Made by a program: the position numbers and the translations under genes
Shown: piece by piece, positions 40,041 through 49,806 of the stretch
Position numbering within the stretch: position 1 is the first letter of the stretch
How the letters are laid out: every line of letters starts with the position of its first letter
Source: the human T2T-CHM13v2.0 reference genome, Homo sapiens
Direction of reading: 5' to 3'
NCBI GenBank assembly: GCA_009914755.4
Contig: CP086569.2
Location: 32,001 to 96,000, forward strand
DNA length: 64,000 nt
Notes under the pieces: model-generated
Told to the model about the DNA's origin: nothing
Seen by the model: the letters and a program-made list of their open reading frames with translations, nothing else
Databases searched by the model: none

Positions 40041-42605
40041 GGCCGTGACAGGAAGAGGGGATCTCGGGCCGTGACAGGAAGAGGGAGTCTCGGGCCGTGA
40101 CAGGAAGAGGGAGTCTCGGGCCGTGACAGGAAGAGGGAGTCTCGGGCCGTGACTGGAAGAGGGGGTCTCGGGCCGTGACAGGAAGAGGGGGTCTCGGGCC
40201 GTGACAGGAAGAGGGGGTCTCGGGCCGTGACAGGAAGAGGGAGTCTCGGGCCGTGACAGGAAGAGGGGGTCTCGGGCCGTGACAGGAAGAGGGAGTCTCG
40301 GGCCGTGACAGGAAGAGGGAGTCTCGGGCCGTGACAGGAAGAGGGAGTCTCGGGCCGTGATAGGAAGAGGGAGTCTCGGGCCGTGACAGGAAGAGGGGAT
40401 CTCGGGCCGTGACAGGAAGAGGGAGTCTCGGGCCGTGACAGGAAGAGGGGGTCTCGGGCCGTGACAGGAAGAGGGAGTCTCGGGCCGTGACAGGAAGAGG
40501 GGGTCTCCGGCTGTGACAGGAAGAGGGAGTCTCGGGCCGTGACAGGAAGAGGGAGTCTCGGGCCGTGACAGGAAGAGGGAGTCTCGGGCCGTGACAGGAA
40601 GAGGGGATCTCGGGCTGTGACAGGAATAGGGAGTCTCGGGCCGTGACAGGAAGAGGGGGTCTCCGGCTGTGACAGGAAGAGGGAGTCTCGGGCCGTGACT
40701 GGAAGAGGGGGTCTCGGGCCGTGACAGGAAGAGGGGATCTCGGGCCGTGACAGGAAGAGGGAGTCTCGGGCCGTGACAGGAAGAGGGGGTCTCGGGCCGT
40801 GACAGGAAGAGGGGGTCTCGGGCCGTGACAGGAAGAGGGGGTCTCCGGCTGTGACAGGAAGAGGGAGTCTCGGGCCGTGACAGGAAGAGGGAGTCTCGGG
40901 CCGTGACAGGAAGAGGGAGTCTCGGGCCGTGACAGGAAGAGGGGATCTCGGGCTGTGACAGGAAGAGGGAGTCTCGGGCCGTGACAGGAAGAGGGGGTCT
41001 CCGGCTGTGACAGGAAGAGGGAGTCTCGGGCCGTGACTGGAAGAGGGGGTCTCGGGCCGTGACAGGAAGAGGGGGTCTCCGGCTGTGACAGGAAGAGGGA
41101 GTCTCGGGCCGTGACAGGAAGAGGGGGTCTCCGGCTGTGACAGGAAGAGGGAGTCTCGGGCCGTGACAGGAAGAGGGGGTCTCCGGCTGTGACAGGAAGA
41201 GGGGGTCTCGGGCCGTGACTGGAAGAGGGGGTCTCGGGCCGTGACAGGAAGAGGGGGTCTCCGGCCGTGACAGGAAGAGGGAGTCTCGGGCCGTTACAGG
41301 AAGAGGGAGTCTCGGGCCGTGACAGGAAGAGGGAGTCTCGGGCCGTGACAGGAAGAGGGAGTCTCGGGCCGTGACAGGAAGAGGGGATCTCGGGCCGTGA
41401 CAGGAAGAGGGAGTCTCGGGCCGTGACAGGAAGAGGGGGTCTCCGGCTGTGACAGGAAGAGGGAGTCTCGGGCCGTGACTGGAAGAGGGGGTCTCGGGCC
41501 GTGACATGAAGAGGGGGTCTCCGGCCGTGACAGGAAGAGGGAGTCTCGGGCCGTGACAGGAAGAGGGAGTCTCCGGCCGTGACAGGAAGAGGGGGTCTCC
41601 GGCTGTGACAGGAAGAGGGAGTCTCGGGCCGTGACAGGAAGAGGGAGTCTCGGGCCGTGACAGGAAGAGGGAGTCTCGGGCCGTGACAGGAAGAGGGAGT
41701 CTCGGGCCGTGACAGGAAGAGGGGGTCTCGGGCCGTGACAGGAAGAGGGGGTCTCGGGCCGTGACAGGAAGAGGGGGTCTCGGGCCGTGACAGGAAGAGG
41801 GGGTCTCGGGCCGTGACAGGAAGAGGGGGTCTCGGGCCGTGACAGGAAGAGGGGGTCTCGGGCCGTGACAGGAAGAGGGGGTCTCGGGCCGTGACAGGAA
41901 GAGGGGGTCTCGGGCCGTGACAGGAAGAGGGGGTCTCGGGCCGTGACAGGAAGAGGGGGTCTCGGGCCGTGACAGGAAGAGGGGGTCTCGGGCCGTGACA
42001 GGAAGAGGGGGTCTCGGGCCGTGACAGGAAGAGGGGGTCTCGGGCCGTGACAGGAAGAGGGGGTCTCGGGCCGTGACAGGAAGAGGGGGTCTCGGGCCGT
42101 GACAGGAAGAGGGGGTCTCGGGCCGTGACAGGAAGAGGGGGTCTCGGGCCGTGACAGGAAGAGGGGGTCTCGGGCCGTGACAGGAAGAGGGGGTCTCCGG
42201 CTGTGACAGGAAGAGGGAGTCTCGGGCCGTGACAGGAAGAGGGAGTCTCGGGCCGTGACAGGAAGAGGGAGTCTCGGGCCGTGACAGGAAGAGGGGGTCT
42301 CGGGCCGTGACAGGAAGAGGGGGTCTCGGGCCGTGACAGGAAGAGGGGGTCTCGGGCCGTGACAGGAAGAGGGGGTCTCGGGCCGTGACAGGAAGAGGGG
42401 GTCTCGGGCCGTGACAGGAAGAGGGGGTCTCGGGCCGTGACAGGAAGAGGGGGTCTCGGGCCGTGACTGGAAGAGGGGGTCTCCGGCTGTGACAGGAAGA
42501 GGGGGTCTCGGGCCGTGACAGGAAGATGGAGTCTCGGGCTGCGACAGGAAGAGGGGGTCTCGGGCCGTGACAGGAAGAGGGGGTCTCAGGTTGTGACAGG
42601 AAGGA
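40041..42605. repeat. Minisatellite with a 26-bp unit (GGGCCGTGACAGGAAGAGGG[A/G]GTCTC), ~98 copies. The + strand is G-run rich
   Basis: Head-to-tail 26-nt unit with interspersed variants (GAGT vs GGGT, CGGGCCGT vs CCGGCTGT). A perfectly homogeneous sub-block lies at ~41700-42180. The 26-aa peptide period seen in the ORF track is 3 x 26 nt. Confidence 0.95.
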
Positions 42606-42643
42606 GTCTCCTGTTTGTAGGGACTCATCCATTCTGTACAACT

Positions 42644-42698
42644 CATGTGCATCCTCCCATGTGCATCCTCCTCTGTGCATCCTCCCATGTGCATCCTT
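42644..42698. repeat. Short tandem repeat, ~14-15-bp unit (CATGTGCATCCTCC), ~4 copies
   Basis: CATGTGCATCCTCC CATGTGCATCCTCCT CTGTGCATCCTCC CATGTGCATCC is read directly. Confidence 0.6.
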
Positions 42699-42699
42699 G

Positions 42700-43668
42700 A
42701 AGGGGTGGCCTGCCCCTCCACACCTGTGGGCATTTCTCATCAGGTGGAACGAGATACTTGAAAAAAGAAAGAGACACAGAGATAAAGTAGAGAGAAAGAA
42801 AAATGGGTCCAGGGGACCGGCGCTCAGCATACAGAGGACCCGCGCCGGCACCTGCCTCTGAGTTCCCTTAGTACTTATTGATCATTATCGGGGAGAGGGG
42901 GATGTGGCAGGACAATAGGGTAATAGTGGAGAGAGGGTCAGCAGGAAAACGTGAACAAATGTCTCTGCATCATAAACAAGGTACAGAAAAAAGTGCTGTG
43001 CTTTTGATGTGCATATACATAAACATCTCAACGCCTTAAAGAGCAGTGTTGCCGCCAGCATGTCCCACCTCCAGCCGTAAGGCAGTTTTACCCTATCTCA
43101 GTAGATGGAATATACAATCGGTTTACACCGAGACATTCTATTGTCCAGGGACGAGCAGGAGACAGATGCCTTCCTCTTATCTCAACTGCAAAGAGGCCTT
43201 CCTCTTTTACTAATCCTCCTCAGCACAGACCCTTTATGGGTGTTGAGCTGGGGGATGGTCAGCTCTTTCCCTTCCCACAAGGCCATATTTCAGACTATCA
43301 CATGGGGAGAAACCTTGGACAATACCCGGCTTTCAAGAGCAGAGGTCCCTGCGGCTTTCCGCAGGGCACTGTGCCCCTGGTTTATTGAGACTAGAGGATG
43401 GCGATGACTTTTACCAAGTATACCGCTCGTGAACATCTTGTTAACAAGGCACGTCCTGCACCGCCCTGGATCCCTTAAACCTTGATTTCATACAACACAT
43501 GTTTTTGTGAGCTCCAGGTTGGGGCAAAGTGGCTGGGGCAAAGCTACAAATTAACAACATCTCAGCAAAGCAATTGTTTAAAGGACAGGTCTTTTTCAAA
43601 ATGGAGTCTCTTATGTCTTTCCTTTCTACATAGACACAGTGACAGTCTGATCTCTCTTTCTTTTCCCT
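42700..43668 (+). mobile_element. LTR fragment of an ERV1-class element, recognised from memory as LTR12 / HERV9-LTR family (5' U3-like portion, ~970 bp); subfamily not determined
   Basis: Long stretches match my recollection of the LTR12 consensus. Examples are CACCTGTGGGCA(T/C)TTCTCATCAGGTGGAACGAGAT...GAAAAAAGAAAGAGACACAGAGA(T/C)AAAGTA...GGGTCCAGGGGACC, CATCATAAACAAGGTA, TCTCAGTAGATGGAA, CCATATTTCAGACTATCACATGGGGAGAAACCTTGGACAATACC and AGAGGTCCCTGCGGC(T/C)TTCCGCAG. No database search was possible. Confidence 0.55.
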
Positions 43669-43679
43669 AGAATCTGTGC

Positions 43680-44645
43680 ATATCGATGGGGACGAAGTCA
43701 TCCTGGATGTTGATTGGGACAAGGTCATCTCTGCTTGTTAGTGGGGACAAGTTCATCCCTGGGTGCTTATCAGGACAAGGTCAGTCCCGGATGTTGGTGA
43801 AGACAAGGTCATTCTGGATGTTGATGGGGACAAGATTATCCCCGGACGTTGGCGAGAGCAAGGGGATCTCTGCATGTTTGGTGAATGTTGATGGGGACGA
43901 GGTCATCTCTGCATGTGGGTGGGGACAAGGTCATCCTGATGTTGATTGGTTCAAGGTTAACCTTGGATGTTGGTGGGGACAAGGTGATCTCTACATGTTT
44001 GGTGAATGTTGATGGGGACGAGGTCATCTCCGCATGTGGGTGGTGGACAAGGTCATCCTGGATGTTGATTGGGACAAGGTTATCCCTGGATGTTGGTGGG
44101 GACAAGGTGATCTCTGCATGTGGGTGGGGACAAGGTCGTCCTGGATGTTGATAGGGACAAGGTCATCCTGGATGTTGATTGGTTCAAGGTTGTTGATTGA
44201 TTCAAGGTTATCCCCGGATGTTGGTGGGAACAAGGTGATCTCTGCATGTGGGTGGGGATGAGGTCATCCTGGATGTTGATTGACTCAAGGTTATCCCTGG
44301 ATGTTGGTGGGGATAAGGTGATCTCTGCATGTCAGTGGGGACAAGGTCATCCTGGATGTTGATTGGGACAAGGTTATCTCTGCTTGTTAGTGGGGACAAG
44401 GTCATCCCTGGGTGCTTATCGGGACAAGGTCAGTCCTGTATGTTGATGAGGACAAGATTATCCCCGGACGTTGGTGGGGACAAGGTGATCTCTGCATGTT
44501 TGGTGAATGTTGATGGGGACGAGGTCACCTCCACATGTGGGTGGGGACAAAGTCATCCCTGGATGTTGACTGGGACAAGGTTATCCCTGGATGTCGATGG
44601 GTTCAAGGTTATCCCTGGATGTTGGTGGGGACCAGGTCATCCTGT
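43680..44645. repeat. Imperfect minisatellite, ~27-30-bp unit (approx GGGGACAAGGTCATCCTGGATGTTGATT), ~34 copies
   Basis: Recurrent GGGGACAAGGT(C/G/T)ATC(C/T)CTG(G/C)ATGTTG(A/G)T motif with unit-length variation. It starts directly after the end of the LTR homology. Confidence 0.85.
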
Positions 44646-44703
44646 GGGTGGGTGAGGACTGCCACGTCCCGTTTTCCTGGTAAAGACATCTTTTTTCTAG
44701 CAG

Positions 44704-44925
44704 GATGGGCCACTGGAGCAGGCATAACTCTCAGTTCCCAGCTGGTGGACAGCCAAGTCCCCAGTTATCTGGTGTCTGTCCTCGGGGCCATGTTCTTTCT
44801 TCTCATTTCCACCTGAGGAAAGAAAGGCCAAGGTACAAGGCCTTCGACCAGGTGTCACTGGGGTTTCTGGGCTGGAAGTGCTTCGGGTTGGGAGAGAAGT
44901 CTCCCATCTTCCACAAAGTCAACAG
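44704..44925 (+). pseudogene. Regucalcin (RGN/SMP30, gluconolactonase family)-like pseudogene, upstream exon-like segment
   Basis: AG acceptor at 44702-44703 after a polypyrimidine tract (CATCTTTTTTCTAGCAG). The translation ...GHVLSSHFHLRKERPRYKAFDQVSLGFLGWKCFGLGEKSPIFHKVN aligns to RGN ...[39 protein letters not shown]. GT donor at 44926. The splice phase does not connect cleanly to the next exon. Confidence 0.6.
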
Positions 44926-45270
44926 GTGTACATCAAGGCTTCGTTCATAATCCTCGGTGGGAACTAGGAGAGAGATTGGATGCTGTTTAAAGGGTGATGT
45001 CCTTGGGCCGGCGTTTGAGGAGGTGTGTGCCCTGGTCAGCTGTATTTGGGGACATTAATTTTCAGCCTACAGCTGTTCGCCAAACGGGGTCTGTACGCAT
45101 CAGGATCCAGCCACGTCCAAGGCTCCCAACGAGCTAGGTGCACCTCCTCCAGGCTCCACTCACATCCAGGAGGGTCACGGGCCTGCCTGAGGTCTGCCTG
45201 CTCCTGGCACTCAGCAGGGCACTCACCAGGGCTGGGAAGGCCCCTGCCCATCCCGGTCCTCTCATTGCAG

Positions 45271-45404
45271 TGAACCGGAGGCTCCTGTACCGGCTGCATC
45301 CGGAGCAGGGCATGCCGGCCGGCGTGTGCGTGGACGCTGCGGGGAAGCTCTGGGTGGCCTCTGCGTCGATAGAGGCAAGGTGATACGCCTGGACCCCGAG
45401 ACAG
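45271..45404 (+). pseudogene. RGN-like pseudogene, penultimate exon, with a 1-bp frameshift near 45357-45362
   Basis: AG acceptor at 45269-45270, GT donor at 45405-45406. Frame 1 reads [29 protein letters not shown], against RGN [29 protein letters not shown]. The continuation (G)[16 protein letters not shown], against RGN [15 protein letters not shown], lies in a different frame. Confidence 0.75.
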
Positions 45405-45699
45405 GTGTGTGCCGGATGGCGGGGCCGTATGAGGCTTGGCCACATCGGGTGTCCACTGCGTCTGCAGCGTTCTGGCTTCAGAAGTCGGGGCCGGGCAGCA
45501 ATCGCGAATTTGTAGAGACTAAGGGGCCTCCGTTTCCCGACGGCACGGACTCCCAGGTTCCCTCTGCAGGTGTGCTAGGTCCTGGGGCTGCCGCAACCAA
45601 GGACTGGCTGCCGAAAAAACAGGAAGTCACCTCCCCCAGTCCTGCAGAGCAGGAGTCTGAGACCGAGGAGTTTCAGGGCCGTACTCCCTCCAGGAGCTG

Positions 45700-46290
45700 T
45701 AGTGGAGGGTCCTTCCTGCCTCTCCCGGCTCCTGGGGGCTCCAGGCATCCCTGGGCTTGTGGCCGCATCACTCCACTCTCTGCCTCCGTCTCCACGTGGC
45801 CTCCTCCTCTGTGTCTGTGTCTCCTCTTCTGTCTCTAGAAGGACACCTGTCATTGCATTTAGGATCCACCCTACTCCAGGATGATCTCATCTCAAGATCC
45901 TTCACTAACTAGATCTTGAAACACCCTATTTCTATACAAGGTCTCATTCCTAGGTTGTGGATATTAGGGTGTAGACAGATCTTTTTGGGAACCACAGTTC
46001 AATCCACTTCAATTGTATTGAGACTCTAGGGGAGGGTCCTTCCTGCCTCTCCCAGCTCCTGGGGGCTCCAGGCATCCCTGGGCTTGAGGCCACATCACTC
46101 CAGTCTCTGCCTCCGTCTCCACGTGGCCTCCTCCTCTGTGTCTGTGTCTGCTCTTCTGTCTCTTAGAAGGACACTGGTGATTGGATGTAGGGCCCACCCT
46201 AACCTGCTCTGACCTACTAATTACCTCTGCAAACACCCTATTTCCAAATAATTTCCCATTCTGAGATCCTACTTGACATGAATCTGGGGA
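45700..46290. repeat. Local tandem duplication of a ~320-bp unit (two copies) inside the RGN-like intron; the unit looks derived from an old interspersed repeat
   Basis: The ~150-nt string GGAGGGTCCTTCCTGCCTCTCCC(G/A)GCTCCTGGGGGCTCCAGGCATCCCTGGGCTTG...CACGTGGCCTCCTCCTCTGTGTCTGTGTCT...AGAAGGACAC occurs at ~45703 and ~46027. The flanks show weaker similarity (...CACCCTA...ACCCTATTTC...). Confidence 0.7.
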
Positions 46291-46465
46291 GACTACAGAG
46301 CTCACTAGAGCAGGTGCGGCTGGGCCTGGCTAGGCAGGTGCCAATCTGGCAGCTCCAGGTGCCACAGAGACACCCATGCTGCCCGGGGGTTGGGCCCAGG
46401 GTCAGGAGGAACGGCCAGGCAGGCGGCCTGGGGTGCTCAGGCTCAGCCCCCACGCTCGCTCACAG

Positions 46466-46628
46466 GGAAGGTGCTGTGCACGGTGGAGCTGCCTGTGTAC
46501 AGGGTCACCTCTTGCTGCTTCGGGGACCCGGCTACGACAACCTCTACGTGACCTCCGCGGCGGACCGCCTGAGTCCGGAGCACTTGTTACGGGAGCCCCG
46601 GGCTGGACACATCTTCAAGGTTCCGTAA
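46466..46628 (+). pseudogene. RGN-like pseudogene, terminal exon, with a second frameshift; TAA stop at 46626-46628
   Basis: AG acceptor at 46464-46465. Splicing from 45404 gives in-phase ...DPETG|KVLCTVELPVYRVTSCCFGDP, against RGN [21 protein letters not shown]. It then shifts frame to GYDNLYVTSAADRLSPEHLLREPRAGHIFKVP*, against RGN [32 protein letters not shown]. Confidence 0.8.
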
Positions 46629-46771
46629 GGGTTTTCTGCCGAGAGTCCCTCCTGGGGCCGCGGGCGAGAGCTCATCTTTAACCTCGGTGGGAAGCTCGGG
46701 CAGGGTGGGCGATGTCTGCAGACAGACGGAGGTTATTGTTTCTGTTTCCTAGAAAACAAACGTTTCCAAAC

Positions 46772-47065
46772 TTTTTTTTTTTTGAGATGGAGTTTCGCTC
46801 CTGTTGCCTGGGCTGCAGTGCAGTGGCGTGATCTCGGCTCACTGCAACCTCCGCCTCCTGGGTTCAAGTGATTCTCTCACCTCAGCCGCCTGAGTAGCCG
46901 GGATTACAGGGAGGCACCACCACACCCGGCTAATTTTGTATTTTTAGTAGAGACGGGGTTTCACCATGTTGGTCAGGCTGGTCTTGAACTCCCGACCTCA
47001 GGTGATCCGCCGGCCTCGGCCTCCCAAAGTGCTGGGATGACAGGTGCGAGCCGCTGCGCCCGGCC
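46772..47065 (-). mobile_element. Alu (full length, AluS-like)
   Basis: Leading T-run then reverse-complement Alu consensus (GAGATGGAGTTTCGCTC...GGCTCACTGCAACCTCCGCCTCC...GCCGCTGCGCCCGGCC). Confidence 0.9.
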
Positions 47066-47111
47066 AGTTTCAAAGGTTTTATGCCCCTGGGTGTTAGACA
47101 GAAATTGTGTT

Positions 47112-47756
<645 letters not shown>

Positions 47757-47849
47757 TTAAAGCCTCCAGCATTGTTCTGGCCTCACTCTGCCGGTAACAC
47801 GGTGTTTCGGCCACAGCCTTGGAACTGACCGCAGCATCCCGGCTCCATC

Positions 47850-48130
47850 CAGGGGTCACGGGCTTTGGGGTGAGAGGAGGCCCCCCGTTTACCCCTTCAC
47901 TGGCTGAGCCGAGAGCCGCTCCCAGGGCAGCTTCGTGCGTTGGCCTCCGTGCGGGGGTGCTGGGCCGGCGTCAGCGGCCCCCCGCACGCTCATTCCCGCA
48001 GCAGCGTCGGGTTCACAGCGGGCAATAAAGGCAGCCGTTCTTCAAAGTCAGCTCGGTTGTGGCTGCCGTGGGGACGTCAGTCACAGCCGAGGGACCAAGC
48101 ACCGGGCCTCTGTGTGGCATAAGTCCTGCC
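47850..48130. other. CpG-rich unique segment (~280 bp) containing an AATAAA hexamer near 48024; function unassigned
   Basis: Dense CpGs (GCCGAGAGCCGCTCC, CGTGCGTTGGCCTCCGTGCGGGGG, GGCCGGCGTCAGCGGCCCCCCGCACGCTC, GCAGCGTCGGG) flanked by Alu elements. No homology was recognised. Confidence 0.3.
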
Positions 48131-48260
48131 TGGGGCTGTGCAGATCCCCCTTACACACCTCATGGCCCCGTAAGCTCACCGGCCCTCCCAGAAGTCATCT
48201 GTGCGAGACAGAAGGCGTCTCTGTGGAATTCTAACTCCCCCACCCAGAAGTGACTGATAG

Positions 48261-48599
<339 letters not shown>

Positions 48600-48640
48600 G
48601 AACAATGTTTCCAAATTGTGGTAAATATATATATAATTAG

Positions 48641-49020
<380 letters not shown>

Positions 49021-49198
49021 GCCAGGCAGGGTGGACAGGAGGGTGGGGAGTCTGGGAGCTCGGATGGAGTTGCGACGGGAGGCCCGGCTGGTTGCTGCTG
49101 CAACTGTGAGGCCAACGCCCAGGTTATTCTATGAATCGAGATGCTTTCACCTGCTGTGAGATTTACCACAAGACAGAGCTTTAAAAAATACTTTGCTT

Positions 49199-49484
49199 GG
49201 CTGGGCGCGGTGGCTCACGCCCGTAATCCCAGCACTTTGGGAGGCAGAGGCGGGTGGATCACCTGAGTTCAGGAGTTTGAGACCATCCTGGCCAACTTGG
49301 CAAAACCCCATCTGTACTAAAAATACAAAAATTAGCTGGGCGTGGTGGCGGGCACCTGTAATTCCCGCTACTCGGGAGGCTGAGGCAGGAGAATCGCTTG
49401 AACCGGGGAGGTGGAGGTTGCAGTGAGCCGAGATCGCTCCAGCCTGGGCGACAAGAGTGAAACTCCATCTCAAAAAAAAAAAAA
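49199..49484 (+). mobile_element. Alu (full length) with A-tail
   Basis: GGCTGGGCGCGGTGGCTCACGCCCGTAATCCCAGCACTTTGGGAGGCAGAGGCGGG...poly-A to ~49484. Confidence 0.9.
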
Positions 49485-49723
49485 GTACTTTCCTTGAGCC
49501 GAGGAGCCAGGTTTCCCTCTCCACGTGCCGGAGCCAGTGTGGACGGAGCTCCTTGTATTGTCCAGGACTGCATGGGAAGGCTGAGGGCAGCCTGGATGAG
49601 TACGGGGAGGCCAGGATCCGGGCAGAGAGGGGTGGAGGGGTGCGAGGTGGCATAGGGGCCGGGGCCAGGGCCCTAAAGCAAAAGACTTCTGCAAAATCAG
49701 TGCTGTAAAAATAAGCGGAAAGT

Positions 49724-49806
49724 GGCCGGGCACGGTGGCTCATGCCTGTGATCCCGGCGCTTTGGGAGGCTGAGGCGGTTGGATCACCTGAGGTCAGGAG
49801 TTTGAG
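49724..49806 (+). mobile_element. Alu 5' fragment (~80 bp)
   Basis: GGCCGGGCACGGTGGCTCATGCCTGTGATCCCGGCGCTTTGGGAGGCTGAGGCGG...CAGGAGTTTGAG, then unrelated sequence. Confidence 0.75.

Noticed and set aside
40038-42851. 937-aa minus-strand ORF and the nested 479-aa ORF (41294-42733) encoding a 26-aa repeating P/S-rich peptide
   Set aside because: It coincides exactly with the 26-bp minisatellite. The unit has no stop codon in any minus-strand frame, and because 26 is not divisible by 3 the frame cycles, so an unbounded ORF is guaranteed. There are no start or stop context, splice signals or homology to support it. The real-gene possibility is noted only as a refutation route.
43686-44655. Multiple 60-108-aa ORFs on both strands (GDKVI...DVDWDKVI-type peptides)
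   Set aside because: These are translation artefacts of the 28-bp imperfect minisatellite. They overlap in several frames and strands.
45036-45456. Minus-strand ORFs of 135, 103 and 64 aa antisense to the RGN-like exon
   Set aside because: They lie in a GC-rich region, opposite a segment with clear sense-strand homology to regucalcin. They have no independent support.
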